Part shown: positions 27,480 through 41,865 of the stretch, piece after piece | Layout: each line of letters starts with the position of its first letter | Position numbering within the stretch: the stretch's first letter is position 1 | DNA from: Eledone cirrhosa | Taxonomy: Eukaryota | Length of the DNA stretch: 64,000 bases | Direction: 5' to 3' | NCBI GenBank assembly: GCA_964016885.1 | Contig: OZ024750.1 | Coordinates: forward strand, 10,664,001-10,728,000 | The notes under the pieces: generated by a model | Told to the model about the DNA's origin: nothing | The model's database searches: none | The model's input: only the letters and a program-made list of their open reading frames with translations | Translations under genes and position numbers: made by a program

Positions 27480-27488
27480 GTGTGTTTG

Positions 27489-27525
<37 letters not shown>

Positions 27526-27619
27526 GTGTTCGTGTATATGTGTGTGTATATGTGTACATATATATATATGTATATGTATATATATATATCTATATCTATA
27601 TATATATATATATATGTAT

Positions 27620-27650
<31 letters not shown>

Positions 27651-27670
27651 TATATGTATATATCTATATA

Positions 27671-27721
<51 letters not shown>

Positions 27722-27768
27722 CTATGTGTATATGTGTATACATATATATATATATATGTATATATATA

Positions 27769-27818
<50 letters not shown>

Positions 27819-28332
27819 GTGTGCATGGGTGCATGAAAGAAGTGACCAAGGAAGTATCTGGTCGAAGCATGATACTGGATTAAGGGATGGATTAAAGGCA
27901 AATGGTGTTGGATAATCTCGTTTAAACAATTCTCTTAGTTCTGGAGTCTTTAGACAGATATTTAATGAATGCTACGACATGCGCTCTGTATACGACTAAA
28001 AAGCCGAAAATCTCGAAGTCTTAAAGGTTTAAAGAAAGCTTTTCACAGACGGCTCTTTATAATTCTAAGTAAAGCTAAACTCGTTACTTTTTCCTTTTTA
28101 TTTTGTTAATATAGATTGTTTATCGGGGATGCGGAGGAAACGGTATTTTGGTAGTGCCAAATGTTATGTAAACTAATGGAAACACAGCGAAAAGACAGCG
28201 GCATCTACAGATATAATACATGAAGAATTATTTCGGCACCAAATGCCATTTATAGAGAATGAAAATCCAAATACTGTCACATCATAATACATGTATGAAT
28301 ACATACATACATACATACATACATACATACAT

Positions 28333-28382
<50 letters not shown>

Positions 28383-28384
<2 letters not shown>

Positions 28385-28554
28385 GAAAAGAGTCAGGACC
28401 CCGATGGTTGAGCCCGGCCGTTCGGATCTAGCTGTTGAAACGACCGGAGCTCAGCCGTCGGGGTCTTAACTCTTTTCCTATTACCCACTCTACTACCCTA
28501 AGAATCGAGTACTGTGCGTTATGGTCCTCCTGGTTCCTTACCACACTTTCTTTG

Positions 28555-28555
<1 letters not shown>
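28383..28555 (+). mobile_element. Family B element
   Basis: ggaaaagagtcaggaccccga... inverted against ...tcggggtcttaactcttttcc, followed by tail and (TA)n. Confidence 0.75.
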
Positions 28556-28601
<46 letters not shown>

Positions 28602-28997
28602 TCTATTTAATAATTTCAATAACATAGTGGGCCGCTGGAGGTGGTACTAATATAAAGCACTCAATGCCGCGGCAGTGTGTATAAATAACTCTAATAATAT
28701 CAAGTATCACATTAATGTGTTTATTGTTTAACGAACAGTTACGTACGTTTCACAGTTGATTGGCTCAAGGTCCATATTTGTGGTATAAACCCAACTCCAG
28801 CATGAATGTGAAAAATGTTAAATATCTTTAAGGTTGGATATCCAGTTCAGAATAAGTTTAGCAACAGGCAAGTGTATATGATCACCGTGTCCGTATTGTA
28901 AAGGTTTAGTCATCTTAGTATTGATGTATATACCTAGGTTTTCAACTTGCCTCTCTATTTCTAGCAGTCCTTGTGCTTGATATATATCTTCTAAACA

Positions 28998-29170
28998 TCT
29001 ACTTTTGGCACAAGGTCAGCAATTATATCAGTGTATTACTGGTATTTTATTTTATCGAGCCCGTAAGGATGAAAGGCAAAGTTAACCTCGGCGGGATTTG
29101 AACTCAGACCATAAAGGGCCGTAACTCTATGCTGCAAAGCATGGCGTCCGACCCTCTAGCTATACTGCAA
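28998..29170 (-). mobile_element. SINE A
   Basis: Family consensus match. Confidence 0.8.
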
Positions 29171-30391
29171 AATAATATGATTTAATTTTGATTCTTAGAT
29201 TTTCTTTTCTTTTTAAGCCACTTTCAAAACGTTTAGGTCTGCCCAATGAAAAATATATCCAATGGCGTCCTGTTCTTTCTACATAGAGACGACTACTCCG
29301 AGAGTTCTACTACAAAGGTTTAGGGACTTTCAACAGAAATTCCTTCACAAGAATTTTCCAAAATGAAGAACAAAAATAAAATAGAACATATCAAAATCCA
29401 AACAATAAGAACAGCAACAGCATCATCTTAGATCATTGGCAGCAGATAATGAAGATAAAGATGGTGATGGAGGTGGTGGTGTTGTGATGGAGGTGGTGGT
29501 GTTGTGTTGTGATGGAGGTGGTCGTTATGGGGGTAGTAGTGATGATAGTGGTGGTAGTGTGTTGATGGATGTGGTGATGGTGCTGGTGCTAGTGGTGATG
29601 GTAGTGGTGGTAATGGTGGAAATGGTGGTAGCATTGTGGTGCTGCTGTTGCTGGTGGTGATTGTATTGGTGATGATGGTAGTGGCTATAATGATGGTGGT
29701 GTTGGAGGCAGTGTTGTTGAAAATGGTGATCAAGGTGATGATAATGATGATGATGATGGTTGTGAGGATAGTGATGGTGAGAGGGAACTGGAAGTAGTGT
29801 TAAATGAAAAAACTAAATAAGACTAACAACAACAACAGCAGCAACAATAACAAAACCACCACCACTACCACCAACAACAACAAGAACAAGACCACCAAAA
29901 CATCAACACCACCACCACCACCGCCACCACCACCAACAATAAACCACCACCACCAACAACAACAAGAACAAGACCACCAAAACACCACCACCAACAACAA
30001 CAACGCCTCCACCAACACCACCGCCACCACCACCACCACCACCACCAACAACACCGCCACCACCGCCACCACCGCCACCGCCACCACCACGACCACCAAC
30101 AACAACAACACCACCAAGAACAGGCAACAATGACATGAAGGATTTGGGAGGGAGGTGGTAGTGGAATGGTGGAAACACGAGAATTAATAATAGGAGAACG
30201 GGACGATGATGGTGATGTTGACGATGGTGATGGTGGTGATAATGGTGGTATTGATGATGATGATAATGATGATGATGATATGAGAGCGGCATGTATGGAA
30301 GCAGAACCACACAGTAATACAATGTAGAATTAAAACAAGTAAAATAGAAAAAAATAACTGGAGTGAAATCACCAAAATAACATATTCATAC

Positions 30392-30910
30392 AATATATAT
30401 AATATAATATAATATATAATATAATATAATATATAATATAATATAATATATAATATAATATATAATATAATATAATATATAATATAATATAATATATAAT
30501 ATAATATATAATATAATATAATATAATATAATATAATATAATATATAATATAATATAACATAATATAATATAATATAATATAATATAATATATAATATAA
30601 TATAATATAATATAATATATAATATAATATATAATATAATATAATATATAATATAATATATAATATAATATAATATATAATATAATATAATATAATATAA
30701 TATAATATAATATATAATATAATATATAATATAATATAATATAATATATAATATAATATAATATAATATAATATAATATATAATATATATAATATATATA
30801 ATATAATATAATATATAATATAATATAATATAATATAATATAATATAATATAATATAATATAATATAATATATAATATAATACAGTATGATATCAAATAA
30901 TATAATATAG
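30392..30910. repeat. (AATAT)n pentanucleotide microsatellite
   Basis: Direct. Confidence 0.95.
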
Positions 30911-30929
30911 TATAGTGTGTGTATACGTG

Positions 30930-30967
<38 letters not shown>

Positions 30968-31029
30968 CATATACATTTGTAGAAATTTCTTTTGTTTCTT
31001 CAAATTCCTAGAAACTCATACTTGACGAC

Positions 31030-31071
<42 letters not shown>

Positions 31072-31940
31072 TATACGTTCCTGGCTTTTCTCTATGATAT
31101 GGTGTGTGTGAGTGTCATTATGTATATGTGTGCGTGTGTGTCTATCTGAGTGTCTTTATTTGTGTGCATGTGTATGTGTGTATGTATGCATATGTATATG
31201 TGTGTATGTATATGTGTATGTATATGTGTGTGTGTATATATGTGTGTGTATATGAGTGTGTATGTGTGTGTATGTGTATGTATGTATATATATATACGTG
31301 TATATGTGTGTGTATATATGTTTATGTATGTATGTATGTGTATCTATGTGTATGTATGTGTGTGTATGAAATCTCATCGTTAACCCCGCTCCTTCCACGA
31401 CCACCACCTTCCCATTCCAACTTTATACGCAGAGCTATAATTAATGTCCTTCTTTAATCAGGGATTTTGATCACAGAACAAACTCTCATAGACGGAATGC
31501 AAGAAATTACTCGAAGAATCTAATCCAGTAGTTATAATTACTGACCATGGGTTGTTAGATGGGGGAAAATCTGTTAGTTCTATGAGAAGGTGGCGGCAGT
31601 GGGAACTATAAGTGTTTCTACAGCTTTTGTTAAGGAATTGTCTAAGACATTCCGAAGCCTTTAGCTTTATTTTACATTTTCTGAACGCGTATGCATCTAC
31701 ATGTCAGTATAAACATATAAGTTTGTGGTAATATATGTGTGCGTGTACACTTATGTGAGCACATAAACGGTGATGTGTTTTCTTTCCTTCTATGTATGTG
31801 TATATAGATGTGAGTGTGCATATGTGTAAATGTAGAATTGGTTTAAACTTGTACGTAAGTAGATATATAGTAATGCGCCATTTTCCCATGCCTTTTATTA
31901 ATTGTTATTTGCAGATTATAGGGAATACATCTATACATAA

Positions 31941-32012
<72 letters not shown>

Positions 32013-32374
32013 TAGATATATTCGATTTATATGTTGTGCATACATGTATTTATGCAGGTTCATGATCACATAATAATCTCGTATAGTACTATAAATAATT
32101 TCTCAACAGAGTGGCTTACTACCTAACGTTTTAAAGGCTGATAAATACCTAAACACAATATAGGAAAAATCTAGAGGATGCCCAAGCATAAGATCACATA
32201 TCTTCTCTGTATGGAAGCATATCAGTCTCAGGCTATACACACTTTACACTGCACCATGTTATGTCTGTGTCTGTACAGAGAGAGAGAGAGAGTGAGAGAA
32301 ATCTGTCAGGTGTTAGTAAACTTTGTTAGTGAGCCATATGCTATAAACTGTTCTGGTATTAGTTGTAGTAATAA

Positions 32375-32495
32375 TTGTTTCTACTTTTGGCAGAAGGCCA
32401 GCAATAAGTCAGTACATTACTGGTACTTTATTTTATCGACCCCGTAAGGATGAAAGGCAAAGTTAACCTTGGCGGGATTTGAACTCAGACCGTAA
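32375..32495 (-). mobile_element. SINE A, 5'-truncated
   Basis: 3' end through the B-box region. Confidence 0.8.
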
Positions 32496-33622
32496 ATAAG
32501 ATATTAATGTTCGTTAAGTCTAATCAACGGCGAATCTTACATTACAATAACGATGCATGTTCTGTAAAGTACCTATCCTCAACTAGAAAGCTGCGTCTCT
32601 CTCTCTGTCACTCTCTTCCTCTCTCACTCACTCTCCCCCCTCTCTCTCTCCTACACAACATAACACAACGCAACACACACACACACACACACAAACACAC
32701 ATATACATATATACACGTACACTTACATATTTTATCTCAATCTCTTTTAGTAAATGGGAAGCGGCAAACTTCAATGAAAGCTATCGGTAAACAGGTACAA
32801 TACATCAAAGTCGGTTTAGACGACTGGAATTATAGACACGCCGCCCCGATACACCTACACCATCGTACACCTGACTTATTCCTCACCTATTCACACATCA
32901 ACAAACCATGTTTCCTCTTGCGTCACCTAATATAGTTTTTATTGATGGTATTACTCTCTTCCAGTACAAATATGTTTCTAGGAGTGTTGGTCACTTATTG
33001 AAAATGGTACTACTACTACTACTACTACTAACTACTACTACTACTACTATTATTACTACTGCTACTACTATTGCTACTGCTACTACTATTACTACAAATG
33101 CTACTACTACTATTGCTACTACTACTACTACTACTACTACAACTACAAATACTACTACTACTATTGCTACTACTACTACTACTACTACTACTACTGCTGC
33201 TACTACTACTACAAATACTGCTATTACTACTACTACTACCACGACGACGACCACCACCACCACCACCACCGCCACCACCACCAAGGCAGTTCGGTCTCCG
33301 CTCTACCAATTTTCATAAGCCCTCGAAAAATTCCATTCATAAGTTACTAGAAAAATAGGATTTAAAAATATATGTTATGAGAGAAGAGTGGACCATGTTG
33401 AACCGAGTTCCTTATTTTATCAACCCCCAAAACAATGAAAAGCAATGTTGATCTGAACGCGATTTGAATTCAGAACGTAAAAACCCTCTGATCACTTCGA
33501 GATGTTTGCTTCTGGACAGCACTTGCAGGAAGGAGTGTTTGAGGACTCTGCCCCACGACACCCCCGGGAATAAGTGGACGAAGAGGAACAAGAAAAAGAG
33601 TGTAAAAATCCATAATAATAAT

Positions 33623-33800
33623 TGTTTCTACTTTTGGCACAAGACCAGCAATTACCCCAGTGCATTACTGGTACTTTATTTTATTGACCCCGTAAGAATG
33701 AAAGGCAAAGTCAACCTTGGCGGGATTTGAACTCAGATCATAAAGGGCTGTAACTCTCTGCTGCAAAGTATGGCGTCCGACCCTCTACCGATACTGCCAA
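33623..33800 (-). mobile_element. SINE A
   Basis: Flanked by ataataataat at 33612-33622 and 33801-33811. Confidence 0.85.
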
Positions 33801-34475
33801 ATAATAATAATGATTTATTAATTACAATTTAGGGCAACGAATGAGGGACAACAACAACAACAACAAGTTGAATGTGAAGATGATGATGATTATGAGAAGG
33901 CGGCGGTGGTGATGATGGAGGGGGTGAAAGGAAAAAAAAAAGTGGAATTTTTTTCCACTTCCATCACCACAAAAGATATCTTCCGCTCATCAGATTCATT
34001 CGTGTGAATATCTTTCCCTTGATCTTCTAGAAAACCCCACCACCACCTCCTTCTCCTCCTCCTCTTCTCTGCCCGTTAACGTACCGAGACTACCTTTTAT
34101 ACAAAGCCTGTAACGATTAACCAACGAGGCAATTTCCCCATTATTTCATGCGGTGCACTCATGTGTTTAATCCGTTTTGAAATGTTATCTTTCCTATATT
34201 TGAAATACACGAAGGAAAGACCCCATAAAATGGCTGACTGGTGGCTAATATGGATTTTAGATCTTTGGCTAGTTTACCTGTCAAACTAATCCTTTTGTTT
34301 GTCACTAAATCCTTCGACATTACTGTCCTTCCTGACCTTTGGATAACCACTAATCGAATGACTGATCAACAATTAAATAAATATATAAATAAATATTAAA
34401 TAAATAGATATAAAAATAAATATTAAATAAATAAATATATAAATATAGTCTTTAAAACTTCCTTCCTGACCGATG

Positions 34476-34563
<88 letters not shown>

Positions 34564-34628
34564 AAGACAGAGAGATAAGGAGAGAGATAGATAGATAGAG
34601 AGAAAAAGAAAGACAGAGAGAGAGAGAA

Positions 34629-34700
<72 letters not shown>

Positions 34701-35198
34701 TGAGATATAGATAGATAGACAGGCCTCACATTTTAGCGGTGTAACATCAATCAACTGTAAATGGCAACAGAGTTATAAAGGATACAAGACAACATAGCAT
34801 TAGAAGACTTTGCATTATGTAGTTTATTGTGGTGGAGTCGATCAACAAGTTTCATTAACATATTCAAATGAGATTGCCTGAATGGGCTGCTGCTGCTGCT
34901 TCAACAGCTACAGCTAGAGCACACACGTACATACAGTTACTCCATTGGACAGCATTTGGCTTGTGTCAGACGCTGTGACCACGGGTGGACTAGCTGTACC
35001 GTTGGTAGGAGTCGAAACTGTCAAAGTTCATGTCAACGGCCAATGGCCCTGGAGTTCTGTGCATTTCGTTAGGATTTTTATTAAAAAAAAAAAAAATTAT
35101 TTTAAAGATTCCCCTTAAAAAAAGGGTTTCGTTGTCTTGTCCTCTGCTAATTTTCCTAAGTATATCATATATATCTATCTATCTATCTATCTATCTAT

Positions 35199-35357
35199 CT
35201 AAGGCGGGTAAAATTCCCGAGATCCATGGACGAGTTCTCTCCAGCGGTCTCTGTCCCTCATTATCGCTGCCATGTCCTGCGTCTCCAACAGACCAGTGTC
35301 TGACCTTAGGGCATCAACATACGTCAACCTTGGTCCTCCTCTTCCAGTGTGTCCATG
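35199..35357 (-). mobile_element. RTE-like LINE 3' fragment with (TAGA)n tail
   Basis: Highly similar to 56289-56446. The stop codon is followed by a (TAGA)n tail at about 35173-35198. Confidence 0.8.
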
Positions 35358-35361
35358 TAAG

Positions 35362-36066
35362 TTATTCCGGGTTGAATCAGAGGTAACCACAGTAAGTAAG
35401 GTACTCAATACATAGCAGAGTATAAAAGTTTTAATATAGATGAGATTCTACAGGACTAGAACTGTTTCATTCTTTAGAAATCATCAGGAATCTGGCTTTC
35501 CCAAAATAAATGTTGTGGTATTTATATCTTTTCAGGTGGTAGGAGAGGGTGGGGAGTGGAATGGGTGGAGGTCATTGGTTGAAAGAAAGGGGAATTCATT
35601 AAAAGCTAATTCTTTAAGGCTATAATTTATATTTAGAGTGGCAAAGGCAGAAGGGATTCTATAAACAGGTTCAGAATGGGGTGCCACTCCTTATTTTTAA
35701 GTTTCTCTTAAGCTAACAATGCCTATATTTCAGGTGTCTATAAGATGGCTGGGGGTCGGTCATGGTTGATGGATTTAAAGAAAAGGGAAATTCTTTAAAA
35801 GCTAATTCTTTAAAGCTTTAAAGAAACTGTTTATAGAATCCTTTCTGCCTTTGTCACTCTAAATATAAACTATAGCCTTAAAGAATTAGGTTTTAATGAA
35901 TTCCCTTTTCTTCCAACCAATGACCTCCACCCATCCCACTCCCCACCCTCTCCTACCACCTGAAAAGATATAAATACCACAACATTTATTTTTGGAAAGC
36001 CAGATTCCTGATGATTTCTAAAGAATGAAACAGTTCTAATCCTGTAGAATCTCATCTATATTAAAA
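35362..36066 (-). mobile_element. Family C pLTR-like element with about 240-bp inverted repeat
   Basis: Arms 35429-35668 / 35827-36066 give mirror ORFs 35440-35625(+) and 35870-36055(-). Each arm has TATAAATA then CTGATGA-ttc/gaa-GAAA. The tail 35362-35428 carries the bulged hairpin. Confidence 0.7.
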
Positions 36067-36279
36067 TTATATATATATATTTTTTTATTTGTTTGACCCG
36101 AATTACTTGGTCGTTTCTATGGCTGTGCGGATAACGGTTTAACCATCGTCTCAGTGTGTTTAGCCTTTAACGGATGTTGTAGCTCTGGTTCGTCAGATTT
36201 ATTGAGCGCTTGCCACACATCTCGGAATTTGTTTTTCGCTAATTCCAAAGCCGAAATACGATTCTCGGTAATTTATATT

Positions 36280-36317
<38 letters not shown>

Positions 36318-36384
36318 GAGGTTATATTTAATTTGTTAGGATTCAACAAGCTTAAACATTTTTATAACTGATATAAACCACTCA

Positions 36385-36558
36385 ACAGATTAGTGGCATA
36401 GAGTTACGCCTTTATATGATCTGAGTTCAAATTCCGCCAAGGTTAACTTTGTCTTTCATCCTTATGGGGTCGATAAAAGTACCAGTCACGCACTGGAGTC
36501 GATTTAATCGACTTTCCCCTCCCCTCAAATTACTGGCCTTGTCCCTATATAAGAAACC

Positions 36559-36560
<2 letters not shown>
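36385..36560 (+). mobile_element. SINE A, long subfamily
   Basis: B box ctgagttcaaattccgcc, core, and the long 3' segment. Confidence 0.75.
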
Positions 36561-36614
<54 letters not shown>

Positions 36615-36618
<4 letters not shown>

Positions 36619-36728
36619 AGATCCAGGACGGGGTCCTGAATCTTTTCATATTACCCACTCTACTACCCCAAGTATCGAGTACTCTGGTGGGTTATGGTCC
36701 ACTAGGTATCTTACCAAACCCTCTTTGT
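36615..36728 (+). mobile_element. Family B element with very short fold-back
   Basis: gaaaagatccaggac-ggg-gtcctgaatcttttc palindrome plus tail, in (TA)n. A separate arm fragment lies at 37267-37310. Confidence 0.7.
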
Positions 36729-36736
36729 TATATATG

Positions 36737-36819
<83 letters not shown>

Positions 36820-36931
36820 GTAATAATAATAAATTTGAAGACTAAAATCCGTTAAGGGTGTAAGCAGCGATTCTTTGCTTAAACTTTAATCTGTTATTTT
36901 AATATATATATATATATATACACACACATAT

Positions 36932-37231
36932 AGTTACGGCTGTTTCACAGATGGGTGGCTCAGGCTCCAGTGTAATTAATCAGGCTATTTATTAATCAAG
37001 CAAAGCCAAATGAGATGAGAATTTGGCTTCGCTTGATTAACAAGTCTGAAGAGCAGATCGGGTTGAAGTCGGGTGTATAGCATTAATATATTAATATAGA
37101 CCTTGAGCCACGGTTGTAATTATGTATAATGTGAACCCTCGCTTTATTTTCAATATATACACTCTACCTTAGCATTGAGTGCTGAGTTTAGTACCTGCCT
37201 CAGTAAACCACGAATCCACTGAACCGCCTCT
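36932..37231 (+). mobile_element. Fold-back element (family G) with 3' bulged hairpin
   Basis: Inverted ttaatcaagcaaagccaaat/atttggcttcgcttgattaa (36992-37040) and a CTGAAGA box. CACTC-TAC-ctta-GCA-TT-GAGTG at 37160-37181, about 50 nt before (TA)n. Confidence 0.5.
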
Positions 37232-37263
<32 letters not shown>

Positions 37264-37310
37264 GCAGTCGAAACGGCCAGAGCTCAGCCGTCGGGGTCCT
37301 GACTCTTTTC

Positions 37311-37343
<33 letters not shown>

Positions 37344-37512
37344 GGTGAATGGTGTTAATGTATATGTGTGTGTATTGTATAGGTATATATATATATTGTC
37401 AACATATGTATATTATATATATATATTTATATTGTGTGTATGTATGTGTGTTGTATACGTATAGGTAGGTATACCTATGTGTATATCACACATATATACA
37501 TATATATATATA

Positions 37513-37564
<52 letters not shown>

Positions 37565-37878
37565 TATAATATATATACATACATATATATATATATAATA
37601 TATATACATACATATATATATATATATATATTTATATATAATACGGTCGTATTGCCAGTGTTAGCGTTAGCTAAGGTTTGTTGGAAGAAAAGGGAGAATG
37701 AGAGTCTAACATTGACATAGGGCAATTTATTATGTCATCAAATGACTAGCCTGGGTAAGTCTTCTGTCATAGAGTTGTTGGAAGTACCGCTAAACATCAA
37801 AGGCGCCGTGCTGACACAAGAAACTTTCTGTACTTGAGGACGTCGGCTAAAAAACACATTTAACTTTTTGTTTTACAT

Positions 37879-37946
<68 letters not shown>

Positions 37947-38094
37947 CACATTTATATATACGTATGATATATACAAGTATATATGTACCCAATCTTATAC
38001 AACACACACACACACACGTATATATATATTTATATATATGCATGTATATAGAGCACACACACACAAATATATATATATTTGTGTGTGTGTGTTG

Positions 38095-38125
<31 letters not shown>

Positions 38126-38225
38126 TTGTGTGTGTGTGTGTTGTATATATATATATATATATGTATATATATTTGTGTGTGTGTGTTGTATATATATATA
38201 TATATATATATATTTGTATGTGTGT

Positions 38226-38264
<39 letters not shown>

Positions 38265-38354
38265 TCCTCTTTTTCACATCTTTCAATCTCAATTAACACC
38301 CTGTCACCACTTTCAACCATACTACTATAGAGTCGCTTTATTTTCATTTCTCCA

Positions 38355-38412
<58 letters not shown>

Positions 38413-38599
38413 GTCAGTTTCCATTTGTTGTACAATTTACCTCAGATTTAATATTGTTGTTGTTGTTTCTTTCTTATTTTTAATGCCTTGCTTATTTTTT
38501 ATTTTAACTTTAATCTTAAAACATTTCTGAGTGTTATTTTATTTGCTACTTCCCTCTCCACCAACACTCTAACCACACTTGTCGACCCCACTTGCGTTC

Positions 38600-39180
38600 A
38601 GCAACACCTCCGCCTACACCACCTCTGCCATCACCACATACACCACCACACTTACAACCCTACCCCGTCTATACCACCACACTTACAACGCTACCCCCGT
38701 CTAAACCACCATACTTACAACCCTACCTTCGTCTACACCACCACACTTACAACCCCACCTCTGTCTTCACCACCACACTTGCAACCCTACCTACGTCTAC
38801 ACCACCACACTTACAACCCTACCTCCGTCTACACCACCTCCGCCGCCATCACCACCACACTTACAACCCTACATCCACCTCTCCCACCTCCGTCGCCACC
38901 ACCTCTCCCTCCACCACATGCACCACCACACTTACCACATGCCGCCTCTACACCTCTGCCATCATCTCCTACACCACCACTAAAATGTATAACCCCACCA
39001 CCACTAACACAACCCCACCTCCGCCACCACCACCTACACCGCCACTAACATTTAGAGACCACATCTGACATCACCATCTACACCGCCACTAACACTTACA
39101 ACCCCACCTTCGCCATCACCACTTACACCACCACTAACACTTAGAGACCCACCTCCACCTCCAGCACCTCCACCACAACT
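38600..39180. repeat. About 33-bp C-rich minisatellite (caccaccacacttacaaccctacc)
   Basis: Direct repeats. Confidence 0.85.
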
Positions 39181-39386
39181 AAAACGTATAAACCCCAACA
39201 CAAACACCACTACAACCATCTCATGAGCTTCAACTTTACACTGACACTAGAAATATGACGTCCTACCACTATTTTTTACCAAGATATTACTAAAACATGT
39301 AAAGAGCAGCTAAAAAAGAAAGCTCACCTAGAAGCCATAGATTCTACTACAATCAGATTCTAACATGATCTCAAAACCACACTGCA

Positions 39387-39558
39387 TTTTTGGTCGAAAT
39401 TTTTGTCGAAATTTGGATCGGATTTTGGGTCCGATTTATGGTTGAATTTTTGGTCGGATTTATGGTCGAATTTTTGGTCGAATTTTTGGTCGAATTTTTG
39501 GTCGGATTTTCGGATCTAATTTTTGGTCGAATATTTGGTCGGATTTTTGGTCGAATAT
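39387..39558. repeat. 12-bp minisatellite (TTTTTGGTCGAA)n
   Basis: About 14 degenerate units. Confidence 0.9.
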
Positions 39559-39973
39559 TGATGGGTCTAATAGACGAAAACATTGCCTTATTTCTTTGAC
39601 TGCAAACTAATGCCAACACCTACTCCAACCTCAGTACCATCTTCCTGAATGTTCAAATATAGGCATGGTCAAATCAAATGGAGTCATCCAGCTCTTATTT
39701 AGATAAGGTTATTTATTCTGTAGAGAAATACATAAGGTTAGCATAGGATGTCACACATCAAAATATACGACTAGGGAGACCACAATTTGTGATCAATATA
39801 GATAGGCTGCATTGACATAGACCCGGTTACTGGAAGCTAAATATGTATCCATTTTGTTGTTAACCTTTTTTTACTCTATTTCATGTAAACCTCGACAGTC
39901 CCTGGTTTTGTATTCTCCTTCATATTTCGGTCCCTGTGGCCAATAAAGAAATAACAATAATTATTATTACTAT

Positions 39974-40188
39974 AGGGTGGTGGATTGGAAGTATCAGACA
40001 AGCGTTAAAAAAAAAAAGGCTTCAAGACATATGGTTACGTCCCTTTATGTTCTGAGTTCAAATCGTGCCGAGGTTAGTTTTATCCTTACGATGTCGATAA
40101 AATAAAGAATAAAGTACCAGTAATGTAGTGGAGTCGATTTAACCGATGTTTCACTTATAACTTATAACAAAAGAAGAAACAATAATTA
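39974..40188 (+). mobile_element. SINE A, older degenerate copy
   Basis: agggtggtggattgg...ctgagttcaaatcgtgccgagg...aaagtaccagt...agaaacaat. Confidence 0.65.
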
Positions 40189-40197
40189 TACACTCTC

Positions 40198-40255
<58 letters not shown>

Positions 40256-40259
40256 GAGA

Positions 40260-40299
<40 letters not shown>

Positions 40300-40360
40300 G
40301 AGAGTATATATATATATGTAGATAAATCTACCAAGAGTTTACGGTAGTGTCCAATCCGTA

Positions 40361-40402
<42 letters not shown>

Positions 40403-40424
40403 GTGTATATAATTATTGTTTCTT

Positions 40425-40479
<55 letters not shown>

Positions 40480-40593
40480 GTATATACGTTTTATTGCGCG
40501 TACAATTTTCTTTGTGTGCCGTAGTATATATTATGTTGATTAGGGTTGTTTTTTGTCTTCTGTCCATGTGTATGTGTGCATATGCAGATGAAG

Positions 40594-40705
<112 letters not shown>

Positions 40706-40979
40706 TTCGTACTTTCTACATTATTCATTATTTTTGATGTTTGAGAATGCACAAGGAATTAATGTCTTTAAAATTTTGGACTTAACCATAAAAAGGGGAC
40801 AGGGAAAAGACCCCTAATTAAACGAGGGATGTTTCTGGCAAGTGATTATATGAATATGGCCTGTTATCATATTAGCTGAGCTGTCAGAAGAAATGTTGCC
40901 CCCACACCTGAGACCTGGCGATTATCACTGAAATGATAAACAGCTAGAAATATAGTGGTGAATAGGGGGGGGGGGGGGG

Positions 40980-41865
40980 AGAAGGGGGGAGAGAGAAGGG
41001 AGAGAGATGGAAATAGATGGAGAAGAGGGGAGAGAGAGAGAGAGAGAGAGCAAGGAAGAGAGAGAGAGGTGGAAATAGATGGAGAAGGAGAGAGAGAAGG
41101 GAGAGAGAGAGAGAGGCAGAAAGAGATGGAAATAGATGGAGAAGGGGAAAGAGAGAGCAAGGAAGAGAGAGAGAGGTGGAAATAGATGGAGAAGGAGAGA
41201 GAGAGAGAGAGAGAGAAGGGAGAGAGAGAGAGGCAGAGAGAGATGGAAATAGATGGAGAAGGGGAAAGAGAGAGCAAGGAAGAGAGAGAGAGGTGGAAAT
41301 AGATGGAGAAGGAGAGAGAGAGAGAGAGAGAGAGAAGGGAGAGAGAGAGAGGCAGAGAGAGATGGAAATAGATGGAGAAGGGGAAAGAGAGAGCAAGGAA
41401 GAGAAAGAGAGGTGGAAATAGATGGAGAAGGAGAGAGAGAGAGAGAGAGAGAGAGAAGGGAGAGAGAGAGAGGCAGAGAGAGATGGAAATAGATGGAGAA
41501 GGGGAGAGAGAGAGAGAGAGCAAGGAAGAGAGAGAGAGGAAGAGAGAGAGAGAGAGAGGTGGAAATAGATGGAGAAGGAGAGAGAGAGAGAAGGGAGAGA
41601 GAGAGACAGAGAAAGATGGAAATAGATGGAGAAGGGGAGAGAGAGAGAGAGAGGAGGGAGAGAGATAGAGAGGGCAAAGAAGAGAGAGAAAGATGGAAAT
41701 AGAAGGAGAAGGGGAGAGAGAGAGAGAGAGGAGGGAGAGAGATAGAGAGGGCAAAGAAGAGAGAGAAAGATGGAAATAGATGGAGAAGGGGAGAGAGAGA
41801 GAGAGAGGAGGGAGAGAGATAGAGAGGGCAAAGAAGAGAGAGAAAGATGGAAATAGAAGGAGAAG
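40980..41865. repeat. GA-rich minisatellite (ggaaatagatggagaagg)
   Basis: About 16 copies of the core. Confidence 0.9.

Noticed and set aside
34865-35070. Possible exon in a unique-sequence island
   Set aside because: Short frames and no convincing pair of splice sites; it may be conserved non-coding sequence, but this cannot be shown here.
35440-36055. Duplicated 61-aa protein genes on opposite strands
   Set aside because: They are mirror ORFs produced by the inverted repeat, with no recognisable domain.
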